Shown: in pieces, positions 35,860 to 50,469 of the stretch
Position numbering within the stretch: the first letter of the stretch is position 1
How the letters are laid out: each line of letters opens with the position of its first letter
NCBI GenBank assembly: GCA_044892505.1
Contig: CM097883.1
Coordinates: 58,218,001-58,282,000, forward strand
Direction: 5' to 3'
DNA length: 64,000 nt
Source: Schmidtea nova
Taxonomy: Eukaryota
Notes under the pieces: generated by a model
Databases searched by the model: none
The model's input: the letters and a program-made list of their open reading frames with translations, nothing else
What the model was told of the DNA's origin: nothing
Made by a program: the position numbers and the translations under genes

Positions 35860-36980
35860 TATTATTATTAATTTCGCTCTTAATTATATTTAAATATATA
35901 CATTTTTTATATTAATTATTTTTATATAATTATTATTATTATATTAATTATTATTTTTATTAATAATGTTGCTTTTTATTATATTTCTATTATGATTATT
36001 ATTATTATTAATTTCGCTCTTAATTATATTTAAATATATACATTTTTTATATTAATTATTTTTATATAATTATTATTATTATATTAATTATTATATTAAT
36101 TATTTATTATTATTGTTAATAATATAATATTATTATTATTATCATTATCATTAATTTCGCCCTTAATTATATTTTAATATACATTTTTTATATTAATTAT
36201 TTTTATATTTTTATTATTATTTTATTATTATTATATTAATTATTATTTTTAATAATAATGTTGCTGTTTATTATATTTCTATTATGATTATTAATGATTA
36301 TTGTTAATATTATTATTATAATATTATTATTATTAATATTATTATTATTGTTATTATTTATTATTATTTATTAATTATTATTGTAATTATAATTAATTAT
36401 ATTTATTAATTATTATTACTTTTATTGTTATTATTATTACAATTATTAATTATTATTATTATTAATATTATTTATTAATATTATTATTATTATCATTATC
36501 ATTAATTTCGCTCTTAATTATATTTTAATATACATTTTTTATATTAATTATTTTTATATTTTTATTATTATTTAATTATTATTATTATAATTATTATTAT
36601 TTTTATTAATAATGTTGCTGTTTATTATATTTCTATTATGATTATTTATAATTATTTATTATTATTGTNNNNNNNNNNNNNNNNNNNNNNNNNNNNNNNN
36701 NNNNNNNNNNNNNNNNNNNNNNNNNNNNNNNNNNNNNNNNNNNNNNNNNNNNNNNNNNNNNNNNNNNNNNNNNNNNNNNNNNNNNNNNNNNNNNNNNNNN
36801 NNNNNNNNNNNNNNNNNNNNNNNNNNNNNNNNNNNNNNNNNNNNNNNNNNNGCTCTTAATTATATTTTAATATACATTTTTTATATTAATTATTTTTATA
36901 TTATTAATATTATTAATATTATTTAATTATTATTAATTATATTTAGTTATTATTAATCGTCATTTTTATTATTAATATCA
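35560..36980. repeat. AT-only low-complexity/tandem region
   Basis: (ATT)n tracts with a recurring TAATTTCGCTCTTAATTATA unit; contains an N gap. Confidence 0.85.
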
Positions 36981-36987
36981 ATTATAG

Positions 36988-37520
36988 GTATGATGCATGC
37001 ATTTGCATCCCCCACTGGTTCAACGAATAGTAGTGGAACCCAGATTATGTCAACGAATCCTGTATCAACAAATTTAAACGGACCGGGATCAACTGTAACC
37101 AATTCGCGATATCACAGCTCAACGAACACAGTCTCCAATCCGACCTCATCGAATAACAGTAGCAACAACACAAACACGATCAGCAATAACAACAGTAACA
37201 TTGCCTTAACCTCAAACAATACCAATAACGTCAATAATGCCAACAACAACAATAACAGCGTCAATCTGGGTGCATCGTCGATCACAGCAGCGTCAATGGC
37301 TTCCCTGTATCAGCAACTGCCTCCAAATGCCATCAATAGCATCCCATTTGATCTGCATCATCAACAGCTGCTTTATAACCAAAGAATATTACAACAAGCC
37401 CAACAGCAAACTCAGCAACAATCGAGCAACAGCAACAGCAACAGCAACAACAGTAACAACAACAATGCGGCAGGAATACTCAGTGAATATGCTGTATCAA
37501 GATATAGTGGATATCATTGA
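36988..37520 (+). CDS. Probable last coding exon of the Q/N-rich host gene
   Basis: TATAG|GT ATG acceptor, phase 1 (matches the 19813 donor); 176 open codons rich in S/N/Q, ending YSGYH*; followed by microsatellite-rich UTR-like sequence. Confidence 0.7.
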
Positions 37521-40252
37521 TCCGATCAGATCACCCATTTCTCTCTCTCTCTCTCTCTCTGTTTATCAATCTATTGTTATTATTGTTATTATTATTATTA
37601 TTGTTGTGTGCTGCGGACGTCTCTGTATATGTCTGATATATGCAGAAATATTATCGAATCCGCAATTCTATGCAATATCGAATATAATAGTAATAATAAT
37701 AATAATATAATTTCTTTGAGATGTTCAAAATTTCAATTTTCAAAACATGTCAAAAATGTGAATTGTAAATAGAAGATGTAATCTCGTTCATTTCAGTTCA
37801 TCTATACACGATGTCATTATTGTCCTCCAATCTCTCATACACAAATATATATATATATATATATATATTTTGTTATTTTATATATTTATACATATACAAA
37901 TTTATACAGCATTTTTCCTGTCTGTACATATAATGATAATCATGATGATGATTGATAATTATAAAATAATATGAGGTGACAATTAATGATGAGGCGGTAG
38001 TGATTTATATGACGATTGGTTGAAATTCTAATGAACTGTGAATAATTGTGTTTTTTATTCAAGGATATTTCATCCCAGAATTGTATTTTATATACATATA
38101 TATATACATATATCAGGACCGAAACATTGATTTTTTGCAAATAACAAAATTGTGGATAATTATTCTCTCTCTTCGTGGTTCTCAATTTTCTCTATTTTTC
38201 ACTGACAATTCGAAACATGATGGGCTTTAGTGATGGCATTTATTGTTGCTTGTTCTATTATTATATTATTATTATTATTTCTAATGTTACTATAATAATA
38301 CAATTTGATTTTTAATAATGAAACAACCAATACAAATATTTCTAAATGTTTTAGCTGCATATATTGAAAAAAAGATATTTTAATTATGAGCCATTAATAA
38401 ATCGAAACGGGTGTTTTTGGAGGTTAATATAGTTGTGTATAATTTGCCACATAACGGATTAGTATGATTTTTGTATGGAAAATTCATGTATTTTTATTAT
38501 TAATAAGTTTTTAAATGAAAAAAAATATTTAAAATGTTTTTAAAAAGAAAATTACGTTAACTAAAACGGTCGTGAGATCCGTATTTATCTTAAATCAAGA
38601 TTATTTGTTATTTCAAATGTTTAAGTGATGAGTGTTCCCGTGAAATAAATGACATCCTGTTTTACCAGTATTAATACAAATAAAATTTTGTATTGTTTGA
38701 TTATTTTCTATAACGAGACGATAAAGTATTTTTTCGTAAAAAACGAACAAGCAATATTTTTCTCAAAATAATCACAATAAAACAGTTTTGTCAATTTGAT
38801 TTGTTATTTAGTTGAATTAAATACATCACGAAAAAGATGTTCTTCAATGATAATTTGAATCAACTGGAACAAAAATAATCTAAATAATTTTATAATAAAT
38901 AAAAATACTTTAATAAACAAACCTATTGGATTGGGGATCTTGAAAGTCTGACAGAACTGCATCTATTAAATCGATCAAATCATCTTTTTTTACAAATAAG
39001 TAAGCTACATCTAAAATTTTACAATCGATAATTTACAGCTTGATAGATAAAAATTAAAGAAAAATAGAAAATAAAATGTTAAACAATTATTTTATCCAAT
39101 AGCAAATAAGTAATAGTATTGATATTTGTTAAAATCAAATTTGGTATGAATAAATGTTACACACATTACTGGTGACAAGCTACGGAGTTTTGTTTAATAT
39201 CAATGCGGTATTCTACAGAAATCTCGATAAGAAATTATAATTATAAATTAATTGTCACAGTTTGATTTTTTCTATAATAATTACTATTTTTTATGTCTGT
39301 TTGCATGAAGCACAAAATAAGAAATATAAATATAAATCCAATTTTCGAATGTTTTAATGTTTATAGGAATAGCTCAACTGGATTTAGACATTTATTTCAG
39401 TTTATAATGTTCATTTTTTATCTATTCCAAGTTATTTTAATCTTGATTTTAAAACTCAATAAAGCAAAATGAATTTCCAGACATTTAAGGAAAATTAACC
39501 ACATTGCTTCTTAGAATAATTTTGGAACACAAAAAAATAAAGATTAATTGAAAAGTTTTAATTTGTTAAACTTTTGAATTATTAAATTTCACAGAAAATC
39601 TAGATTAAAATAGCCTTTATGTTAAATTATATCAAATTCATCCCAGTAGACGCATGAAAAATTAAAAATTACAATTGCAGAGCTCCATGCAAATTCTACT
39701 TTGGCGCCAATGTCAAACCTAAATTGATTCTAAATGTTGGTTTCAAAAACATCATTTAAGTGGATAATTTGGATCAAATTGCAATGGAAATAAAATCAAT
39801 CGAGTAACATAATATAAACAGACAGTAAAATTTAAATCAATAATTTTCATAATTGCATGAATATAGATCAAATATATTTTTTTCCGGTTTTTTGGTTGTT
39901 AAATACACGATATATCGATACAGAAAAATCGTCTACTTAACAACCGAAATTTTTTTTTGATTTATAGTCATACAATTATGAAAATTATCGATATAAATAA
40001 AAAGAGATAAATAAACCAAAAGATAATTATGATAGTAAAATTTAAAAATGAGAATTTTATTTCTAAGTTTCTTTTTCTATAATTTTAATTAATATAATCA
40101 TGAAGATTTAAAAATTTTACAAAAACACTTAAAAATAATGTACGCGAAATTGATAAACTTGTAAACCGTACATAAATGGATGGTGATTAGAACTGTATAA
40201 ATTGCTGTACGGCGTACAGTAAAAAAGAATTTAGAGAATTTTAATAGTTTTA

Positions 40253-40625
40253 GTAGGAGGCTATGTCCTGTCTGAACCACTACCCCCATGTGTGTATATT
40301 ACGTAATTGCTCGGGGTTTTGTATAGCACTCATTATTACGTAATCATTACGTAATCAAGTGTGCTTAACAAACCCCGATAATTATGTAATTTTATATATA
40401 ATTACGTAATTTCGTATATTTTTAAAATTGAGTGAATTTTTTGTTTAAATTAAGTGAATTTTGTTTAAATTAAGTGAAATTTTTGTTTAAAATAACTAGA
40501 ATATTTGATTTAATTATATGAATTTTTTGTTTTAATTTTTTTAAATATAAAATTTTATTTTAAATTTAATAAAAAAGTATTTGAGTTCACACATGGGGGG
40601 CGGCAGACCGGACACAGCCTCCTAC
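40253..40625. mobile_element. MITE with about 40-bp TIRs and TA TSD
   Basis: TA|GTAGGAGGCT..CCCCCATGTGTG ... CACACATGGGGGG..AGCCTCCTAC|TA; a related end appears at about 63905-64000. Confidence 0.75.
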
Positions 40626-41779
40626 TACAAAACCTAAATGATTTTGAGGTCTACTGGCATTTGACACCATATGAATATATTAAGATTTAAAAGAACATTA
40701 ACAATGACGACGACTTTCTAGAAAGTTATAATCTACTATTTTACAAAACCTTTAAATTTATTTTAATTTCAAAATATCAAATTATAAAAAATTAATTTTA
40801 ATTGAATTCCTAATGAGGTTCATCAACAGAAATTGAAATAAAAATATATTCAATACCGTTTCCATTTACTTTGAATTTTATTGATTCACAGAGAATTCCA
40901 AAGAAAATATTCTCAAATAATCTCTAATAAAAGTATATTGCAGATAATTCTTTTTCAAACAATAATATCTTTTCTTGCATTACTTTTGCAAGATAATTAA
41001 AATAAATAAAATTTCATAATGTGTAACTATAAAGTTGAATGCGTAATTCTCTAGTTTACGTTTTTCACATCAACAAGAAGAAGAAAATAATTCGTCGATT
41101 TATAATAATATATTATGACAAAAAATTTAATTTAATTTAATAAAATTGAAATTAGCCAAAATGGGCTAACCTTCTCATCAAAAGGCATTAGCTGCTTCAA
41201 CAATTATTGTAAAAGCCATGAACCTAACGAAATTAAATTCTCACATCACCTGAGAAAGTAGAAAATATAATGTTAGAAAGAGATTTAAACTCATAATGGT
41301 ATCCTTGAGAAATATAATTATTTTGGCTTGATGTTGTTATGTACCAGCCGCTGCTGCCAGTCCATACAATGTAAAACAATAGCTTTTGTTAACCTGTTTA
41401 AAGTCACAACCAAAGATCAATGCTATTAATGAAATCAATGAATAACCAAAAAGATCTACCAAGACATTGGAAAAAAACGCAACAGAAGAATCATGGACAA
41501 TATTGGAGTGTATTCAATAAAGTTTATGACTTGGAGACACGAATACCATCATCTCGTACATATAATAATAAATAATAATAAATAATAAATAAATAATAAA
41601 ATAATAAATAAAAAGATAAAATAAAAAAAAATATAATAATAAAATAATAAAATTTAATAATTTATTATTAATAATTTAATAATAATAAATTAATAATTTG
41701 TATTTATAAATTGGACCCTCTCTCGCACACTTATACCGTTAAGTCTACATCATCACATGATTTATTAAACTTTATAATG

Positions 41780-41926
41780 AAAAGTAGCCTAATAGATGGT
41801 GTCCACAACCCAATTATTGCGTTCTTGACATTTCGAGCTTCGGTGACTAGCGGTGAAAGAAGCTTCTCAAAGATCAAACTGATAAAAACATTTGCAAACA
41901 TTGGACTAGCAATTCTAAAACAATGA
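41780..41926 (+). pseudogene. hAT transposase C-terminal dimerisation-domain fragment
   Basis: IAFLTFRASVTSGERSFSKIKLIKT. Confidence 0.7.
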
Positions 41927-43679
41927 ATTTGATGGAACTAGTTTCTGCATTTTTTAATGTGAATGCGTGAAAAAAAGTTTAAAAATAACAATATTTACAT
42001 CATGTATAATAGATGTGTAAATTCTGTACGTAAATACGAAATTAAAACTGTAGAATAACATTCCGTTGTGAAGGGGCACAAAATACTCTGGCGTCAGTCC
42101 CAATAACAGGTTATTAATATTTTTTAAAGAACACTAATATTCAACAGCTTTTTTATTTATTTAGTTATATTTAAAATAAAAAATATTGTTGATTTAATAC
42201 TAATAAAATTTAACCATTTTCGATTTATGCTGGAAAATATTAAATTTATAAAAAAATGAAAATTTAGACGCTAAACGACGGTGTGACTTATTTTATTTTA
42301 ACAAATAAAATTCATGTAAATGTTAATTTTTTTGTTTACTTTCACGCCCAAGGGACTTTGCAGTGACAATGAGAAATATTCTATTTAAACAAACCATTTT
42401 GTTTTTATTGAAAATATTTATTTGATTTCATTCTTAGCTTAATTTATTTCATATAGCTTAATTACAATGTTTTTAAAATAAATCAAAATTATTAACTTTT
42501 CAAATAAACCTTCATAATTATTTTACATTCCTCCTGAAAAGATTTCTCAATTTTATTTCCTATTAGTATTTTTATGGAATCTATACAATAAAAATATGTA
42601 CTAATACAATTAAATAAAATTCATTCTTTATAATAATTATTGACAGATGAAAATATAAAATAAAATATAAGAACGCTGCGGTACCTACACTTAGAATATT
42701 TACTTTTGTTAATTCGCCAATTTCTGGCATTCCCGAGCCCACGCCCATACAAACACGTAGTCAAAATACTTGTTATTTTGTCAGAGGCTTAATTCGTAAT
42801 TCACCACCTGTTGAGTTTATTCACCTCCACGATTAATTAGCTTATCACTATTCAGAAGTTACAACTACATGAATTAAATCTATTAGAACAAGATTCCAAA
42901 GATGCACTCTGTTATCCATCAGATTAGACTGAAGACAACCACAGACACAGACGCATTCATCCACAAAAGCAAATAAAAAGCTGATTTCATTGGCAAAGGA
43001 ATGGCATCTAATGCATGTAGTACAAATCAATACAGACTCACAAACGCTCTGTCACTCACTCTTGTTGCCTAAACACATTCAGCCAAACACACACACACAC
43101 ATCTGCCAGCAGACAAGTATCAGCTCAAGCATACCTAATTAGGTGATCGATCTGAGGCTTCAACTGGATGTGTGCATTATGCCACTCATGTTCTAATTGC
43201 CCGTTCATTATATAATAAGGATAAGAATATTAAGGTGCCATTTAATTATTGCTTTTTGACACCAAAAATCTTACATTGAAGCCTCCAGATTAAAAATTTT
43301 CTGGAGAATTAAGCGGAACGGACTAAATTGTAATTTTAACTATCATAGTATGTACGAAATCAATAAACGCATTAATTGACATCAGAATATCATACTTTAT
43401 ATTTGGACAAATAATTCATTAACAACATTGATAAAAGACAGTGAACATAAGTGAAATAAGTGAACAATCTTTAAATAACAAAATTTAATAAAGGATTAGT
43501 TTGTCTAATGGTGCTTCATAATGGACATCCAATCATAGGGTTTGTAGAATGTAATGTTTGATGTTTGTTGCTCAAGATATTGCTGACGTTTACCATCCTT
43601 ATTGTTTGAATATTGAGATAAAGATTTTCAAATTTATTAAATAGTTTATTTAATGGACACAATCAATACAAGGACAACA

Positions 43680-45325
43680 TAGTCTAATATAGCGACCACG
43701 CTGCTGGTAAATTTTGTGAAACCACCAGAGACATTCGACATTGGAGATGATTTTTGAAATTTATTGAAGAAGTCGAACGATTTTTCCAGTATCTGAATAT
43801 TAATGAGCGATTTTATGAAAATTTGTCAAAGTTTTTATGACAATAAATGCACTTAAGAAATACAAAGAAACAGATTATGCCAAAAGTTTATAGGAAAGAC
43901 TTTAATTAGCGTTTGTGAAACATCAAATAATCATCGAAGATTTACAGAAAGCTCTATAATATAAGCAAAGTGAAGATTCAGTCAAAAAATTTTGCCAGAA
44001 AATTGAGACGAAGGCCGAAAAATTCTCAAGCATAAACCCGACAAAGAAACGTTAATGAAGTTTCGACTATTTATTGCACTGGAAAATAGAGAAATTAAAA
44101 TGGATTTAAAAATGCAAGAATTAAATTCATTTGAGACAATGGAAATAAGAATGACTAAGCACGAGAAGACAATTAAAAAAAGATGAAAATGTGTAGGACA
44201 TAGCCGTTGTCAATAACAAACTTCATTCTGATACTGTCCTTAGTCAAAATAGAATGAATCAAGATTTCAATCCAAATAAAAGAAAGGAAGCTAACAATAG
44301 ACCAAACGATGAATCTTTCAGTAGAAATAGAATTTCAAATAACTACAAGAATGCAAATCTTTATCATAACAAAGAAGATTCAAGTAAATAACACTTACAG
44401 AATTTAACGTTTACAGAAACAAAAATCGATCTGAAAATGGTTAGGAAGGCAAAAAATCTTTACAATGCTGGACGTGTACGGAAGTGGGACACCATAGAGC
44501 CATAATGTCCAAATGTGAAATGTGCGAAATCCCACAAACAGGGACATTTTCGACACCAATGCTGGGAATTGCGACAAGATGGAATCTAAATCAATTGCCG
44601 GAATGGATGAAGAGATATAAAATGAGGATGATCTCTACCCAAAGGCCAAGGCTTTTGCACTGGAGTAGATAATGTAAGCAACATTGCGAGCAAGAATTGT
44701 CTGTCAGACTGTAAAAAGATTGAGAAATATATTCAAAATAACTAAGTAATGAAAGATATGAGCGTGATCATAAAGAAAGTAGTGCAAAGTTGTGAAAACT
44801 GTCAAACAAAAGTGTTGACTACCAAAATCAAAGAAATCAACAAAAGATCAAACGAAGTAGAATTTATTTGAATTAATTCAAATGAGTGGACTCAAAAAAA
44901 TGTTAACAATAACAAGTAAATACTAGCTATCATTGATCAGCACAGCAAATATGTATCATTGCACACAGTGAGAGCCCATGATGAAAAAACCACATCGATG
45001 AATTTTAATAATACCATTGGATATTAAAATTCGAAGCGACGCAAATTATACATACAGATAGAAGTAAATGTTTTAAAAATGCAATTTTGAAAGAATTTTG
45101 TAAATTGCATAAACGCTCAGCTAGGATTTTCAAGTCCCTATAATCACACGGGTAACGAACAAATAGAAAGGCAATTCCGTACGATTAGGGATGCAATTAA
45201 TATTTTTCATAAAGATAGGTTTCACAGAAATTAGGCTGAATTATTATCACAAGTTGAATTTATGTTGAATCCAACTTTCATAAATCTATTAATAAATCTC
45301 CTGCGCAAATTGTTTTTGGTTGGGT
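43680..45325 (+). mobile_element. Degenerate Gypsy-like LTR retroelement remnant (gag Zn knuckles + integrase)
   Basis: CWTCTEVGH and KCAKSHKQGHFRHQC knuckles near 44466-44570; integrase CENCQ..AIIDQHSKYV..PYNHTGNEQIERQFRTI..VEFMLN..KSPAQIVFG with many stops and frameshifts; no LTRs or RT recognised. Confidence 0.75.
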
Positions 45326-46900
45326 ACGCAATCGTTGGATACGCAACATCAAGTAGGAGAAATATCAAGTTTGTTCAAAAGAGAATACATGTAGAAATTT
45401 TAAAATAGATAAAATTATATTAGGATGTGTGAAAAATTTATAAAATTCATGTAAATTGTATTTATTTTGAGTAATAATAAAAATAGTAAAAATAATATTA
45501 TTAATATTATTAATAATAATAATAATAATAATATTTATCAAAAATTTTTTCTTTCTCTTGAATTATCTTTTTTATTGAGTGTAAATCTGATTAATATAAT
45601 ATTTAAAATTTTTCTTTAAAATATTAAAATTAAAACTCAAAACTTAAAATTTTAGAAAAAATTTATATTTTCTACTTTTTAAAATCCTTTCATTAATAAC
45701 CAGATCAATTTCATAATAATCAATGAACTTAATCTCACCGGTATTCCAATTCGTTTTGGACATAAATCTAAGACATTGATGCAAGACCTGGCTAACAACA
45801 CGATAAAAGAAAATACTTGTAGGATGGAAAATTGCCAGATATCAATAAAAATATCCTTCCGCAAGAACATAGTCTATAGCAGGGGTGCCCAACTTTTCTG
45901 TATATAAAGTAAATACTAGCTATCATTGATCAGCACAGCAAATATGTATCATTGCACACAGTGAGAGCCCATGATGAAAAAACCACATCGATGAATTTTA
46001 ATAATACCATTGGATATTAAAATTCGAAGCGACGCAAATTATACATACAGATAGAAGTAAATGTTTTAAAAATGCAATTTTGAAAGAATTTTGTAAATTG
46101 CATAAACGCTCAGCTAGGATTTTCAAGTCCCTATAATCACACGGGTAACGAACAAATAGAAAGGCAATTCCGTACGATTAGGGATGCAATTAATATTTTT
46201 CATAAAGATAGGTTTCACAGAAATTAGGCTGAATTATTATCACAAGTTGAATTTATGTTGAATCCAACTTTCATAAATCTATTAATAAATCTCCTGCGCA
46301 AATTGTTTTTGGTTGGGTACGCAATCGTTGGATACGCAACATCAAGTAGGAGAAATATCAAGTTTGTTCAAAAGAGAATACATGTAGAAATTTTAAAATA
46401 GATAAAATTATATTAGGATGTGTGAAAAATTTATAAAATTCATGTAAATTGTATTTATTTTGAGTAATAATAAAAATAGTAAAAATAATATTATTAATAT
46501 TATTAATAATAATAATAATAATAATATTTATCAAAAATTTTTTCTTTCTCTTGAATTATCTTTTTTATTGAGTGTAAATCTGATTAATATAATATTTAAA
46601 ATTTTTCTTTAAAATATTAAAATTAAAACTCAAAACTTAAAATTTTAGAAAAAATTTATATTTTCTACTTTTTAAAATCCTTTCATTAATAACCAGATCA
46701 ATTTCATAATAATCAATGAACTTAATCTCACCGGTATTCCAATTCGTTTTGGACATAAATCTAAGACATTGATGCAAGACCTGGCTAACAACACGATAAA
46801 AGAAAATACTTGTAGGATGGAAAATTGCCAGATATCAATAAAAATATCCTTCCGCAAGAACATAGTCTATAGCAGGGGTGCCCAACTTTTCTGTATATAA
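44915..46900 (+). repeat. Near-identical 993-bp tandem duplication (possible assembly artefact)
   Basis: Identical ORFs at 45679 and 46672 (offset 993); the first copy ends abruptly about 28 bp into a hAT left end. Confidence 0.85.
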
Positions 46901-48075
46901 GATCTACTTTTTTTCTTAAAAGTGTGTCGCGATCGACTTATTGTCATAGGCGTAGTCTAAGGGGGAAGAAAGGGTGTGAAATGCATACTATGTTTATATA
47001 CTGTGTTTCAGCATAACGTGCGTTCCAGCGAGGAATGGGTAGATAAGTAAAATATATGTTCAAAACTATTTTTATTTTTTAATCACTTATTAAGTTTTCA
47101 AGATATAGGCTCCTGAAGAAAATAAATTCCCAGACCCAATTTTTGATAGCAGCATTCCGTACATGCGGTACCTAAAGAATTCGATTTTACAACAAGTTTT
47201 CGAGATAGATTTTTACTAACTTAAAATGCAATTTGGGGTTTTTATCAACTGCAATGTATAAGTTGTTGTGCTATTTGTTCGTAAATATAAAAAAGTTGTT
47301 ATAAAAATGCACAATATGGATGATAATTTGATTACAATATTTCACTTTCTCGTTTTTTGGGTCAAGAAAATTTATCACGAGAGAATTATATGACTTACTT
47401 TTGCTAATTTATCAATAGCTCACTAAGTACACCTCGTACTGAAATATAGATATACGGCTTATCTAAGTACGTAAAAAACATCAAAAATAATTATTTAAAG
47501 GGCCAAAAAACTCCCGTCCAGGGTAGTTAAAAGAACGTGAATAACTATTAACAATATTTATTAATTCAAAGTAGCCACAGATAAATACAGATTTAGAATT
47601 TACTTTGTTCCCTTAACATTAATGGGAAGACTGAGTTTGCATTACATTTTAAACAGAAAAAAATTGAAATCCAACTTGGTCATCGAGGATATATAATATT
47701 GCTTGATAATGACACAGTTAATACAAAAGAAAAGAAGCTACCGTATGGCACTACCAAATATTCAAGCTAACTGACTGTGTTCTTCAATAAGTCGAGTAGT
47801 AACTGCTGCGTTCGCGCGTTATGTCCGGTGACAATGTAAAACATATTCAAAATGTATTGTTCTGGGTGAGCGCATATAACAGTGTCTGGTTGTCAGAATT
47901 CTAGGTGTTCATGAACTTGGCAAGTTCCCAGAATACATTCAACTATTATTACAAAGGTTTGTCTTCTAAAATCGCTTCAAACTCACGGTAGTAAACGAAA
48001 TTCTACCCCCAGACATTGCGAGAGATCGACGATCGACCAAAATTGGCCTCGCGATCGACTTGTTGGCCACCCCTG
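46873..48075 (+). mobile_element. Non-autonomous hAT (Buster-type) element
   Basis: TIRs CAGGGGTGCCCAAC / CAGGGGTGGCCAAC (13/14); 8-bp TSD GTCTATAG at 46865-46872 and 48076-48083; GCGATCGAC subterminal motifs. Confidence 0.92.
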
Positions 48076-49282
48076 GTCTATAGCATTATGTGTAATAAAT
48101 GCGAAGAAATTTACATAGAAAACACCATTCGGACAATGAATCAGAGAATTAAAGAACTCTTTGATCTTAGTTGAAAGTCTGTATACAAACATTTTCACCA
48201 ATTTGAGACAGAGAATAGATAAAATTAAATCAGTGAGAATATTAACAAGCGAAAACGAAGGAAAAACCTTAGACTTAACGAATAAATTCTCATTAGAGAC
48301 AAACACCTAAAAGTTAACTCTAAAGAGGAAGTTATCAAAATCGTCCACCTAATACCTTGTTGAAAAGAAATTTTCCATCTACGAAGGATATATAGAAAAA
48401 GATAATAAAGTATTTAAATATGCCCATGCATTTCATAGAGAAAAAACTTTCCATAAAAAATTAAATTATTTTCTAAATTTAAAAATAAAGTTTTAAAAAT
48501 CAGGATTAAAAATTTACTTAAAAATTGAGATTTTAAAAAGTAGAAAATTAAAAAAAAATTAAAAAAATTATATTAATTATATTTACACCAAATAAAAAAA
48601 TATATAATTCAAGAGAAAGAGAACAATACGCGATGAAGATCTCAGTTATAATCTGAAATAGAGATTGATAAGGATTATTTTATAATTGAAACTTTTCACA
48701 TAAAAAAATTTTGAGTAAAAAGTTTATTTTGTCATTTACTATTTATTTAATATATGCTGCTACCAAGNNNNNNNNNNNNNNNNNNNNNNNNNNNNNNNNN
48801 NNNNNNNNNNNNNNNNNNNNNNNNNNNNNNNNNNNNNNNNNNNNNNNNNNNNNNNNNNNNNNNNNNNNNNNNNNNNNNNNNNNNNNNNNNNNNNNNNNNN
48901 NNNNNNNNNNNNNNNNNNNNNNNNNNNNNNNNNNNNNNNNNNNNNNNNNNNNNNNNNNNNNNNNNNNNNNNNNNNNNNNNNNNNNNNNNNNNNNNNNNNN
49001 NNNNNNNNNNNNNNNNNNNNNNNNNNNNNNNNNNNNNNNNCATCAAAATGACAAATATGCCTGTAAATTTTATCTACACGTCGACCGCTATGTCAAAATA
49101 GAAATGTGTAACTAATAAATTATCTTAAAATAATTAAGTTAATTAATTATATTTTACTTCAATACTTTTTTAATATTTTAACCCAGCGATGGCCAAACTA
49201 TGGTCTCCAGACATAATCTAGCCAACCACATCAAATATATACAAAATAATTTTTATATGATTGCAATTACAAATGTTTAATA

Positions 49283-49640
49283 AAATTTTATATAAATTAC
49301 TTTTAATTTTATAAAATAAATTTTATAGTATTTAATATTGTCAAAAATGAAATAAAATTTTTATTTGTAAACATTGAAATTTTAGAAATATAAGCGGGAT
49401 GGAAGAGATATTTTTATATAAACCTTTACTAGACTTACCAAAAAATAGCATGAAAAACAGTTAATTTTAATCAAATTCGAACAAAGATTATGTATAAAAT
49501 AATAATATTGGAATGGCAGAGAAATGACATTTTATTTACGGTTGACCCATTGACCGTACTCAATTAACCCAATTAAGGTCTATTTAATTTTGAACGTTTT
49601 CAAAATTTATATAAACCAATATATATACAATTATATATAC

Positions 49641-49673
<33 letters not shown>

Positions 49674-50112
49674 ATAATATGATACATAGTATAAAATGGT
49701 GATTCCTTGCTAGCAGCATTAAGTATTAAATTAATTAATAAATAAGTAACAAAATAAGCCTTTGCTGCAAAAATAATTTTATTAAGTGAGAAAATTTTCG
49801 ATTATAAAATAATCCTCGTCAATCTCTAATTCGGCAAATAACTGGTATCTTCATTCATTCTGTTGTTTCTTTTTTCTTAATTTCTCTTCCTTTTCATTGG
49901 ATTAACATCTTTGTTAGATTTGATTAAAATTAACTGTTTTTCATGCTATTTTTTGGTAAGTCTAGTAAAGGTTTATATAAAAATATCTCTTCCATCCCGC
50001 TTATATTTCTAAAATTTCAATGTTTACAAATAAAAATTTTATTTCATTTTTGACAATATTAAATACTATAAAATTTATTTTATAAAATGAAAAGTAATTT
50101 ATATAATATTTT
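49283..50112. repeat. About 195-bp near-perfect inverted repeat pair (foldback/MITE)
   Basis: 49283-49476 is the reverse complement of about 49917-50112 (e.g. ATAAGCGGGATGGAAGAGATA / TATCTCTTCCATCCCGCTTAT); no TSD seen. Confidence 0.8.
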
Positions 50113-50469
50113 CCATTTCAAAAATTTTCATTTATTTTTTTAAAAAATAGATCAAAATAACTATTTAAAATTGCCGCACAATTGTTTAGCACTATTATAT
50201 ATTGTTATATAGCCATTTTCAAGTGTTTAATTCCATTTCCCAGGAAATACACGCGTAAAAAGACTGCCAAAAATTCCTGTGTCAATTTAAAAAATAATTT
50301 TGATTTAGTCTATAAAAAATAAATGAAAATTTCTGAAATAGGAAATAAATAGTTTCAAAAATAAAAAATGTGTATATTACTTTTCTGCAAATACAAAATA
50401 CAATGAACCACTGAAGCATGCCTACGCAACTTAATAAGGATTGATGGCTAAATATTTCAAGGAACATAT

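Noticed and set aside
44915-46900. 993-bp tandem duplication as a biological event
   Set aside because: Copies are essentially identical and the junction cuts a hAT end at a microhomology; more likely a contig-overlap artefact, not testable without reads.
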